Assembly (NCBI GenBank): GCA_951406725.2
Contig: OX597830.1
Coordinates: 70,122,001-70,186,000 of the forward strand
Direction: 5' to 3'
Source: Octopus vulgaris
Taxonomy: Eukaryota
Length of the DNA stretch: 64,000 nt
Part shown: positions 43,438 through 54,859 of the stretch, in pieces
Layout: each line of letters starts with the position of its first letter
Numbering within the stretch: the stretch's first letter is position 1
Notes under the pieces: model-generated
The model's input: only the letters and a program-made list of their open reading frames with translations
Told to the model about the DNA's origin: nothing
Database searches by the model: none
Program-made: the position numbers and the translations under genes

Positions 43438-44970
43438 TGTATGTATGTATGTATTGCTAGGTGTGTGTGTATGTATGTATGTATATATGTATGTATGTAT
43501 GTATGTATGTAAGTATGTATGTATGTATGTATATATGTAGGTGTGTACGAGACTGACTCAGCTACTAACACAATCATACATACAGATACATATATATAAC
43601 TTTGTGTTCATATTTGCATACATACATACATACATACATACATAATTACGTACATTCATACATACACATATTATATACATGTATACATTTATGTATACAA
43701 TTTATTTATAGGTATAATATACATAACATTTTACCCAAAATTTATTATATGTGAATGTGTATCTATACGTGAGTGTGTGTATCTATGTGTGTATTTACAT
43801 TACATATAAGAATACACGTATATTAAAATTATTAAGCACATATATTCATCATCACAAATATGTAAGCATGTATATATATAATATATATGCAATTATATTT
43901 GTATGTATATATATACATATATATGTGTGTGTGTGTTTGTATGAGTGCGTGTGAGTGTACGTTCGTCGTATGAGTAACGATATGCAGAAAAAATAGAAAC
44001 GCTACAGAGAGAGAGAGAGAGAATATTAGAGAGGTTGATAAACGAATACATGGTATATGATATATATATATATATATATATACATGTATACATACATGCA
44101 TATACTAATTATATATATATATGCATATATATATATATATGTACATATATGCATATATATATATGCATACATATATGCATATATATATATGTACATATAT
44201 GCATATATATATGCATACATATACGCATATATATATATGCATATATATATATATGTACATATATGCATATATATATATATGTATAAAATATATATAACCA
44301 TCTATATCTACATATATATAGCTATGTATTTATTTATTATCTATATGTATATATATATACATATATATTGACATATGCGAGCATGTGTGCAAGCATTGCT
44401 GCTATCATCACTTTGAGATCTTTATCAACGTGATCCCCGCTCAACAAAAACCACCGGTACAAAGTGCAGAACAAGAAACCAGAAATCCGTACACAACGAT
44501 GGCGATTACAAGCCAATACCATCAGCCCCATCACCACCTCAATAATATCTACTCCACCACAACCACCAGCACCACCACCTCCGCCTGTACTACCGGCGGC
44601 TCCATCCCTGCCGCTATTCGCAGCGTTGATAGCAACATGCGGCATCAACAAACTTATCCGGCAGTAAATGTGCAATGTCAACGGCCAATAGAAATAAAGC
44701 GATAATAATGATGAAAATCTATGTAATTATATTGTTAACATTTGGCTGTGAATTCAATAGTAAAGCGTAACCATAACAACACAACAACCCATCCAGATCC
44801 AAATACATTTAGTGATGCTTATGCAATATAAGCCCTAGAATAAACGTTACATACACACACACACACGTATATATATACATATATATATATACATACATGT
44901 GTGTGTGTTTGTGTGTGTGTGTGTGTACATACGTAAACATGCAGTAATAGATACATACAGATGAATATAA

Positions 44971-45019
<49 letters not shown>

Positions 45020-45056
45020 TAGTATATGTACAAAATGATATAATAATATAGATGCG

Positions 45057-45102
<46 letters not shown>

Positions 45103-45222
45103 TATATATATATATGTGTATGTATATTACTTTATAAAATAAAATATATGTATATATATAAATATAATAATTATAAATATATATAAACAAAATATATATA
45201 CCTATATATATATATATATATT

Positions 45223-45263
<41 letters not shown>

Positions 45264-45288
45264 CATCTATACGCCTAGATATATATGA

Positions 45289-45331
<43 letters not shown>

Positions 45332-45680
45332 CATACGTCCCTCCATAAAGCGTTTGTGGGCATGTTAGCTCCTGCAGAATTTCACTTGAATCGTATTTTT
45401 AGTATATGCTTCATTTCCTATGTTTTACTATTAATATTTCATCATCATCATCATCATCATCATTGTTTCTAGTAGTAGTAGTAGTAGTAGTAGTAGTAGC
45501 AGTAGCAGTAGTAGTAGTAGTAACAGCAAGCAACATAGATTGTTTCGGAAATAATCATAAACTGCGGATTGACTGTGGGTTCTGTGTTGTTGTGTTGTTG
45601 TGTTGTTGTGTTGTTCTTTTAGATGGAGTTTTCTTTTCCTTCTCCTTTTCTTTATTTCATTTTCTTTTCTTTATTATTAC

Positions 45681-45723
<43 letters not shown>

Positions 45724-47214
45724 TTCCATTTGTAGTATTCTCGATGTAATTCCTCGTCTCCATTGAAAAGCGCCGTTTCTTTGTCGAGGAATATCAATAA
45801 TGAACTTTGCAAACAATATAGGTCAACTCTAAAGCAATTCTAGTAATAAAGATACAAAGCACAAATCACGGATAAACCTTTAAAAATGCATTATAAAGTT
45901 AGCAGTTATGTTTGTTTTGTGTTGCTTTTTTGCATTGTCTTTGCTGCACCTCTTTTGTATGTAATAATGTGCGTATGCGCGTGTGTGTATTGTATACCGT
46001 ATATGAGTAGCGTAGTATATGTGTGTTAGTGTGGCTTTAGATCTATACGTGTAAGTGTGTGTGTGTCTGTGAGGTTTTGTACTTCGTTACAGACAATACG
46101 GTGTTGGCCTTACCTTTTTTCTAAACAGTATTGTCAAACAAAAACGAGTTCTTGTAAAAAAAACAAAAACAAAAACAAAAGTTTTATTTTGAGGTTTTTC
46201 ACTATTTCTAAATTGTGGATTAATAATGGCCAAACATTTGCCTAAACAATGTCGTCATCAACAATAAGAACAACAATAACAAGAACATTAACAAACATGT
46301 AGAACACAATAACGAAAATGTTATTGCTTATTGTAGCAATATTGGTAGTTGTTATGAAGGTAGTACCGCTAATTCTAAGCATATTCTTTGCATGTCTATT
46401 TATTGTTATTTAATTCCGTTAAAATTCCAGTGCTTTGTTGTCCTCCCCCCCCTGTTTAATTCTGCTATTATCTGTATTCCTTTATCACTGTTATCTTCTT
46501 TTGTCAGAGTTCTTTACTCCGGGGAAGTTCTTTACATGAAGGGAAACGGGAAATGTAAGTTCCATGTCCTTCTAAAGGGCAATAGCTGAGTTTATTTAAG
46601 TAAAATAGACTCACCGATGAATCGAAACCGCATTGCCATTTTCGATTTTATACTGCTTACATTTTGCTCTACGGCCCTCAATATCTTGAAATCAAAGGAA
46701 CTGCATGACAGAATTATTAAGAGCAACAGAATTGCCAATAAAATGCCGTACGGTGTCTAATTTCGACCGTTTTTGTTTTGAGTTCATTTTTCGATTGAGC
46801 CAGCTTTACCTTTCGTCCTTTCATGGTCGATGGAAATAAGTACCAGTTAAATCCTGGGTTAATGTCATCGACAATACTTTCTTCTAAATTTTGCGGTATT
46901 ATACTGATGTTACAAAACAATAATATTTTTTCAAGATGGGAGGAGAAAAAGAACGTCATGCAAAATGACAGAGCGTCGAACAAAACGTCAGAGTGTCATA
47001 CAAAATGGCTTCATTGCAGTATTAAGTTACGGTTTTTAGGTTTAGACCCAGAAAATCGTCGAGATTAGTTTTGCCTTTCATCCATTCGAGGTTGATAAAA
47101 TCTGTACTAGAGAATATCTTGGGTCAACCTAATCGTTTAAACTCCTCCAGTAAAATCTTGTTTTCGTTGTGAAATTAGGAATCAATGTTATTTACCTATA
47201 ATCCTTTTTTCTAT

Positions 47215-47369
47215 TGCCCCAGTACTCGATTAGTACATTTTTCATCGACTCCGAAAGAATGAAAGGTAAAGTCGACCTCGGCAGAATTTGAACTCAGGGC
47301 ATAACGACGGACAGCTTACCGCGAAACATTTCGTTTGGCGTGCTAACACTTCTGCCAGCTCACCGCCTT
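47215..47369 (-). mobile_element. SINE family A, preceded by diverged + copies at ~46735-46900 and ~47000-47150
   Basis: ATCGACTCCGAAAGAATGAAAGGTAAAGTCGACCTCGGCAGAATTTGAACTCAG...TTCTGCCAGCTCACCGCCTT. Confidence 0.85.
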
Positions 47370-48399
47370 ATTATTTACTTATAATTCAATAATCAAAATC
47401 ATTTTTACCCCTGGAAAGTGTTACTGTGGACAAAATGATAGAGTAGCCACGTTAATGACTTGTAATATTTTACTACACCTTCAAGGCGAATCTTTCTCCT
47501 AGGATTTGAACTCAGAACTGAACGAGACAAACCGTTGATGAATTTATACACCGCTCTTGCAGTTTAAAGCGTTAAACTTCATTTCCTCTCATCAACCGTA
47601 TTCACGGTCAGATCGATTGTACTAGGTGATAGTTAAGCATTTGGAAAAAGGCATTAAAACGACAATAGTCACTTGATACGAACCGCCGACCCTTCGACCA
47701 CACTAAGCCGAAGCCCGTATAAATAAGTCAGCTGCCACACCCCGACTTTTGCCAATGTACACATCATCAATCGATTATCCCACAATCTTATATGTCCATC
47801 AAACTAGTATTATTCACCACACGAATTGTTTCGCGTATGTAATCATGTTAAAATTTCCGCCAAATGTAAACGTTTTGATAAACAGCAATCAAATAGGTGT
47901 TCTTTTGAAATAACAACTTCCTTACAAGCTAAAGAAATATATAAAACAAGATACTTCTTGTATTTTTCTATGTTTGTTGGTTTTGGTAATTAAATTTGGC
48001 GACTTTGTAGTTCAGAACTAGAATAAATAATGTTGATTTTTTTTTCTTTAACTAAATGGCAACACCTTGTATATTTAGGGAAATAAAATTGGATGTAACA
48101 AAGTGCATGCCTTTCTCATGAGCATTATTAAAACATTTAATTTAGAAGAAATTGTTTACAAATACTGATTAAAAGATAAAAGTCGTGACCCAGACTTGTA
48201 GGTTATTTCCCATATTTACATCTTTTGTGAATTACATTTATTTCTTACATGAAATTGAGGTAAAAAAATACCAAGTATAGATTATTGAATTTACCCTGTA
48301 ATATGTCTGGTGCTTATTTTATTGATCACGGAGGAATAAAACATTAAAAAAAAATCTCACTGGAGGACAGAGAAAAGAGTGAAAGATTACAATAAATAT

Positions 48400-48562
48400 T
48401 GGTTTCAAATTTGGAAACAAGGCCCGCAATTTCAAGGGAGAGTTAAGTCGATTACATCGACCCCAGTGATCAACTGGTACTTATTTTATCGACCCCAAAA
48501 AGATAAAAGGCAAAGTCGACCTCAGCGGAATTTGAACTCAGAATGTAAAGACGGACGAAATA
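48400..48562 (-). mobile_element. SINE family A, head truncated
   Basis: AAGTCGATTACATCGACCCCAGTG...GGCAAAGTCGACCTCAGCGGAATTTGAACTCAGAA. Confidence 0.85.
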
Positions 48563-48679
48563 TATATAAACAGTTTTTAATCATAATAGATTACCCACGG
48601 ACGCATATTAGAATGCTCTATACCACTTAGCCTCAGTGATTTATAAGTATGAGTTATTTTCATTCGATTCAGTTGTATG

Positions 48680-48728
<49 letters not shown>

Positions 48729-48731
<3 letters not shown>

Positions 48732-48940
48732 TAAATGAAAGAATGGAGTCGAACGAAGATGTTAACAAAATTCCTTTACTCTCGACATATGTTTCGAAGA
48801 CAACATGGTTTCATTCCAAAGGAATAAATGGTGCATTATGCAATCTTCTCATCAGGAAAGAAAGGGAGCCTCTCTCGACAACAAGACAAACAAAAATTTG
48901 TTTGACGATAAACATAGGATAATTCATTCACCTATTTAAA

Positions 48941-48943
<3 letters not shown>
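48729..48943 (-). mobile_element. ~215-bp hammerhead-bearing element inserted in (TA)n (Penelope pLTR- or retrozyme-like)
   Basis: Unique block bounded by (TA)n on both sides; contains the canonical hammerhead listed next and has no ORF. Confidence 0.65.
48773..48865 (-). ncRNA. Hammerhead ribozyme, type I, canonical core
   Basis: RNA: CCUUU-CUUUC-CUGAUGA-GAAGA-[43 nt]-UCUUC-GAAA-C-AUAU-G-UC/GAGAG-U-AAAGG. Stem I is CUUUC/GAGAG plus CCUUU/AAAGG, stem II is GAAGA/UCUUC, and stem III is the palindrome ACAUAUGU. The GUC triplet predicts a cut between 48784 and 48783. Confidence 0.85.
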
Positions 48944-48983
<40 letters not shown>

Positions 48984-49424
48984 GTTCGTGAGGAGAAATG
49001 ATGCTTAACGCTTTACACTGCAAGTGTGCTGTATAAATTCCCGAATAAGACGGACAACTTTAGAAGAATACTTTTTCCACCATTAGATGACACCCAGGAA
49101 ATATGACATACGTACAAACAATAATCAGGAAATAATCAAGAAATATGCAAACAATGAGTCGTATATTTATTCCTCTTTACTTATTTAACGGACTTGTATA
49201 TTTGCTTTTCGCTGAACCTTTGAAGGTTTTTTTCTAAATCTAGAAAATAGATATTTCCCACTGACTAAACAACTAACATTCTATTTGGAAGATATTTCTA
49301 CATGTGTTTATATTGGAAATCGTATTATTTTTATTTATTCAGTCGTACTGTAAGTGAAATCTTAAGTGTTTCACGATAATAAAAAAAAAGGTGTTTGTGG
49401 AAATATTGTCTATCATAATACAAG

Positions 49425-49890
49425 GTCACAGATGTGAAGGCATTAATACATTAATTTAGAAGGGTAAATGCTATTTATCAGTGCTTTATGAGGAAAGGAC
49501 GATTAAGATATTACAAGTTTATAAAGAAATAGCTGTATTAAAATTATTGCTATTTAAATGTTAAAATGTTACTAATTTAAAGAGAAATAGTTGTGAATGT
49601 ATAAACTGCTTTATAAATTAACAGTTTTGAAAGTATTATCCCATATTGCTACTTTGTAAAGAAACGTTTATGACGGTATTACAACCTTACAAAGAAACAA
49701 TTATAAGGATATTAAGAAACAATTGTGGAAGTTATTACTACTTTATAAACAAGTAGTTGTGAAATCATTACTGTTTTATAAAGAAACAGTTATTGAAAAA
49801 GACGGCGTTGAAGATATTGCTACTTAATAAATAAACAGATGAGAAGGTACTACTACTTCATTAATCGATATTTGTGAAGGTATTCATGCT
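49425..49890 (+). repeat. Degenerate minisatellite, ~33-bp unit (TTTATAAAGAAACAGTTGTGAAGGTATTACTAC-like)
   Basis: TATAAAGAAA, TTGTGAA and TATT(A/G)CTAC blocks recur at about 33-35-bp spacing. Confidence 0.7.
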
Positions 49891-50035
49891 CAACATATAA
49901 AAAAAAATTATAGCAACGTATAGAACATTTATGATGTACAGTTCTATATTTAAGACATGAGGAATTATGTACATTATTTACACTATTTATATTATTTACA
50001 TTCGACGGATATTTGTCCCCATCTCGTTTGTTGTT

Positions 50036-50081
50036 AACACAACGTTTCGGCTGATATACCCTCCAGCCTTCTTCAGGTGTC
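50036..50081 (-). ncRNA. Minimal type I hammerhead (PLE-like, dimer-type stem III)
   Basis: GACAC-CUGAAGA-A-GGCUG-GAGGGUAUAU-CAGCC-GAAA-CG-UU/GUGUU. Stem I is GACAC/GUGUU, stem II is a perfect 5 bp, and stem III is reduced to the palindrome ACGU. Confidence 0.75.
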
Positions 50082-50308
50082 TTGGGGAAATTTCGAACCT
50101 GAGTTCTCATTCATAAGGTATTTATCGATGTTATTAATATTATTATTGTTATTATTATTGTTGTTGTTGTTGTTGTTAATATTGTTACTATTATTATTGT
50201 TTTTGTTATTGTTCAGGTCACTGCTTTAATAATAATTATAATAATAATATTAATAAAGACATCGAAAAATACCTTAAGAATGACAACCCAGGTTCAAAAT
50301 TTCCCCAA

Positions 50309-50354
50309 GACACCTGAAGAAGGCAGGAGGGTATATCAACCGAAACGTAGTGTT
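50309..50354 (+). ncRNA. Minimal type I hammerhead, stem II mutated
   Basis: GACAC-CUGAAGA-A-GGCAG-GAGGGUAUAU-CAACC-GAAA-CG-UA/GUGUU; two mismatches in stem II relative to the sister copy. Confidence 0.6.
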
Positions 50355-50422
50355 AACGGCAAACAATATGAGGACAAATATCCGTCGAATATAAATAATG
50401 TAAATAATTTATGATGTACATA

Positions 50423-50646
50423 TATACAAACGTGGAAAGGCATTATCCGCAATATTCGTCTCAGAGAAACTTTGCTAAGAGACTTGAGTATTAAAAATAC
50501 AAAACAAAGAATAACACGAGATTTGCTCAAAATATCGTCGGTGTTTTGTCAGACTCAGTGTTTCGATCTGGTCTGACGATCAACCGACGATATTCTGGAC
50601 GCACTTTATAGATTTTTAACAACTAGTGCCGTTCCACGTTTGTATA
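50423..50646. mobile_element. Small element with 20-bp terminal inverted repeats and an internal hairpin
   Basis: TATACAAACGTGGAAAGGCA versus TGCCGTTCCACGTTTGTATA (19/20). Internal nested stems AATATCGTCGGT/ACCGACGATATT and GTCAGAC/GTCTGAC. Confidence 0.65.
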
Positions 50647-50714
50647 GATAATTTCCATAATATATATAAAGTTATTTTAATTTGATGTACTGTCAAGTGC
50701 GTATACTGAGACTA

Positions 50715-50783
<69 letters not shown>

Positions 50784-50950
50784 ATATATATATATAATAT
50801 TTATATATATATATATATAATATTTATATATATATATATAGAATATACACATCATGGAAAAATATATATATACAGCATTGATTTAATTCTTGCCGTTTTA
50901 CATGCTCAAAATGATGTTCCTTATCTCTTACACTTCTCTCCGTCTCTCCG

Positions 50951-51022
<72 letters not shown>

Positions 51023-51384
51023 CACTCGCACACACACACACATGAATCATAAATTTCAGCTGGCTCATGTGGTTTTTATGATTTGTAGGCATAACGCCTT
51101 AGTATTAAAACCGAATGAGTAATAGGAAGTTGTGACGTTCATTGTCTTGTCACCGAACTTTATATCTCTGCACCATTGTCTTCTACTGCCCTACGTCTCG
51201 CTTTTTCTCCAAATGACAGATGTCATCGACTGTTACTTATATTAGTAATGAACCACATAAAACAAGTATAAAACAGGTAAAAAAACAGCTGTGTTACAGG
51301 GTAAGAAAAAAGTTTCTTTCTATCACCGCAGTTGCATTGACCGTAGAGTCATAGTAACCATTACACGCCAGTGAAGGAGCTTAT

Positions 51385-51597
51385 ATATGGTCGTTCGACG
51401 TACTAGTAATAATAACCAAATCGACATAAAGTCAACGACTACAGTCTGAAAAGAAGAGTCCACTCACGTTGGAGACTGTGTAGATAATCCAGGATAAATT
51501 AAATAAAGACGAGATAATCAAGGTCGGAGCGCCTTTAGCCATAAGTCTATTCGATGTGGGAAGACATGGGCTAAACATTTACAACAATAACAACAGT
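51385..51597 (+). mobile_element. SINE-like family C copy with (CAA)n-type tail
   Basis: TGGTCGTTCGACGTACTAGTAATAATAACCAAATC...GCCTTTAGCCATAAGTCTATTCGAT...GGGCTAAACA..ACAACAATAACAAC. Confidence 0.55.
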
Positions 51598-51739
51598 AGC
51601 TGTATAGGGAATGTCTGTTTGGAATCATAGGTGTGTTTTTGAATGTAAGGATCACGGGGTATCACTGTTACAGGTAGAAATGGCACTATGTTTAATCTAG
51701 TAGCCTTACCTTAGTGAATCCTTCCCTAGCTGTATAAGT

Positions 51740-51975
51740 GTTTCGGAGAGTCTGTTTCGGCAACCAACGGCTCCTCGGTCGTTCTGTTCCTGCGTCTGCG
51801 GACAATCTGCGGCAAACAGGATGTCTCTACATGCGGGATTGTTGGAGACCGCTTGTGAAATTCATATTCCCACGAAACTTCTTCCACCGCCATAGTTCGA
51901 GATGCCTCGAGGGTGGTAGAAGAAGCCGACTCAACCCGCCCAGGGTGAATGTCGTCACAAGTACAAGTACAAGTA
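51740..51975 (+). mobile_element. RTE-type LINE extreme 3' end (decayed)
   Basis: GC-rich island ending in frame ...IVRDASRVVEEADSTRPG* followed by a short tandem tail ACAAGT-ACAAGT-ACAAGT, typical of RTE 3' termini. Confidence 0.55.
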
Positions 51976-52461
51976 GGTGACTAAGAACAGCGGTAATGGT
52001 TAGGATATGCTTCTCTGAGAGGAGGTTTATTGATACCGGAATGTGTCCAGTGTTGTCATCATCGCAATACTAAAGGTCATTGCGTAGTGCTTTTTTTTTT
52101 AATCAGAAATGTAAATAAGGATTTGAGTGAAAGGAGCCCACTTCTTATCTAATTGGACTTCATTTATCTCTGGAAAAATGGAAGATAAAATCACCGTTCG
52201 TGAAACTTAAACTGACAACATAGATATTGATCAACTCGTTGTTAGATGTATAAAAAAAAAAAAGAAATAATAATACAATTGCCCAAAGTTGCGCAAGGTA
52301 AGAGCGAACCTGGATCTACACGGCTAACTTGCAAACGTCTTAAATTCTCAGGCATGCCTATACGTTTGATCGTATTTATTTGTCCATGTATGGAATACGG
52401 TAGTATACGTATACGCGAACAACTTCATATGTAAGTGTTCGACTACATTATTTAAGAATGC

Positions 52462-52529
<68 letters not shown>

Positions 52530-53674
52530 GTGTGTGTAAGAGAGAGAGGTTATATCGAGCGTATAGGAAAATGCAAGAGTTAGTTTGTGACAGTTAACAT
52601 ATAACTTATTTTTAATGAGGCCTAGATGTTAAGGTTGAAGTAAGTATCACCTTGATTACGAAAACTGACGAAGCTGACAATCAATACCATTGCTGTAATT
52701 ACGCTCTCTCAGAAATAGCCAGATACTAGGATCAAATTAGACTACATCACTTACCACCCTTTACTTACATTTCTTTCATTATAGCTTTTATTTTATCTTA
52801 TTTTATTATATTATTTTATATTATATATTATTTTATTTTATTTATTCATTTCGTTAACTAATTCTTACTAATTCTCAAGCTTTTCCATGTATGTGGAAAG
52901 GTTTCTGATTTGCATAGATAAAGGGTGATTTTTTCTCATTAGTGTCATACATAGCGTAGCAGTTTGGCTATTTTTTCTTAATGAAATATTGTTTTATAGT
53001 AGTTTTGGGGGTTTGTTTTTCTTTTATTTTTTAAGTGATCATTCATCCTAGAAATATTGGTCTGCGAATCACTTGGAACCACAAAAAAAAAAAAAAAAAT
53101 CATAGATTTCGTACATGTAAATGTACGTAGCCAATCATAAGTCGCAGAAACAGTAAAAAAAAAAAAATAGAGAAAGAACTAAAAAAAAAAATGAACAGAA
53201 AAACCAAAAAAAAAAAAAAAGCAAAGTAAGTCATAAAATACAAAAACAAAACAAAATAATAATAATGATAAAGAATAAGAAATATATGTTTATAGTTTGT
53301 GACAGGTGGAGTTATTTTTCTTGTTAAAAAATAAAAATATATATATAAATAAATTAAATAAAAATACAATTAATTAGTTTCAAGGAAACACCATCTAACA
53401 ATTTGGATCTTTATAATGATTCTGAAAAATATATATCTTTTTGTGTTTTTTTTCGTATTCATTTTGTGTTATGCTATTTGTTTGTTTTATTTATTTATTC
53501 GCATTTTTTTTTTGTATTATTATTTTCGTTTTCTTTTTACTTAATTCGATTTCAAAGAGTTTTCAAAGACAGGAAAATGATCGACAAATAAGTAACGGTT
53601 AAGAATTAATTTCCTTTGGTGTATATGTGTATGTGCGTACGAATGTGTCAGTGTGTGAGTATGTGTGCATATGT

Positions 53675-53718
<44 letters not shown>

Positions 53719-54218
53719 ATATGTGTGCGTTTGTTTTTAAATAACAAGGTGACATATTCTGGAATAAGGTTCATTAATCAACGCATGTAAACATTCTTTG
53801 ATTAATTTGGCACAGAAACACAAACACGCTTACACACACAAATACACACACACACAAATACACACACACACACACACATAATGTTACACTTAACTTTGCG
53901 CATACATATAGATACACACACTCATACACATACACACATATATATAAACATAGATACCTACATTTACACTTTGATACACAGAAACAAATGGATACATAAT
54001 ATGATAACGGAGTCCACGAGGCGCCGGTCTGCCAAGCAAAATTCAACGATTTATTCCCGTTTCAGAGACTTCCGCTATATAAGACAGACATTACGTGATA
54101 GCTAAAACCAGCAGGAAATAGCAACCAAATCTGTTTCACATCATATCATATCATGCTAATTTTTTTTTTTAAAAAAGAAAGATTATATCGTATATTATTA
54201 TAGTTCTTGATAGAATAT

Positions 54219-54381
54219 CCTTTTTACTATAGGCACAAGGCCTGAAGCTTTGGGGAATAATCGATTAGATCGCCCCCAGTACATAACTGGTACTTAATTT
54301 ATCTATCCCGGAAAGATGAAAGCAAAGTCGACCTCGGCGGAATTTGAACTCGGAACGTAGCGGCGGGTGAAATACCGCTAA
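54219..54381 (-). mobile_element. SINE family A, head truncated
   Basis: CTATAGGCACAAGGCCTGAA...GCAAAGTCGACCTCGGCGGAATTTGAACTCGGAACGTAG. Confidence 0.85.
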
Positions 54382-54784
54382 GAGAGAGAGAGGGAGTGTG
54401 TGTGTGTGTGTGTATGGAGAGAACAAGGGTAAGACAAGGATAGGTAAGAAAGAAGAGGAGAAGGAAGAACCGTCGGTAGTTACAGGCTGGATTGTTTTTA
54501 TATATTTATCGGCGCAAAAATGACGAAAGGTAAGCTTGATGTAGAGCGCAGGGAGACAAAATGGATACCACGAGACACTTTTCTACTTCGTCGCTTTGAC
54601 CATTCAGCCAGATCAGTAATACATGGCAGATACTTGATTTGCCTTTAACCCTCAACCCCTGATAGAGTTGAAGACCCAATGGAAATCATGTACCTATGAT
54701 GGAGGTGGCGGATCCCTTTTCTCTCCATATCTAACCATAGCCATTTTCTTACACAAAAAATGAGAGAGGGAGCGGAAGAGGGAG

Positions 54785-54815
<31 letters not shown>

Positions 54816-54859
54816 AGAGAAGAATCGGCCTCAGTATAAGTAAGAACTGTCTCAAGCAC

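Larger units (their letters stand above)
49941..50406. mobile_element. Inverted pair of Penelope-like pLTR copies bounded by a 14-bp direct repeat
   Basis: Arms ~49975-50145 and ~50240-50408 are reverse complements around a (TTA/TTG)n spacer, each with a hammerhead motif. ATTTATGATGTACA occurs at 49927-49940 and 50407-50420. Confidence 0.75.

Noticed and set aside
48292-48312. TACCCTGTA, a miR-10-like seed
   Set aside because: The remainder does not match miR-10 and it lies in a decayed SINE A fragment.
42450-49890. CRISPR-like arrays in the two degenerate periodic regions
   Set aside because: Units are adjacent and diverged with no unique spacers or cas genes, and the context is eukaryotic.
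50531-50594. Possible sixth hammerhead on the minus strand
   Set aside because: GAAAC..GUC and a UGAC/GUCA pairing are present, but no CUGANGA is correctly placed on the same strand.
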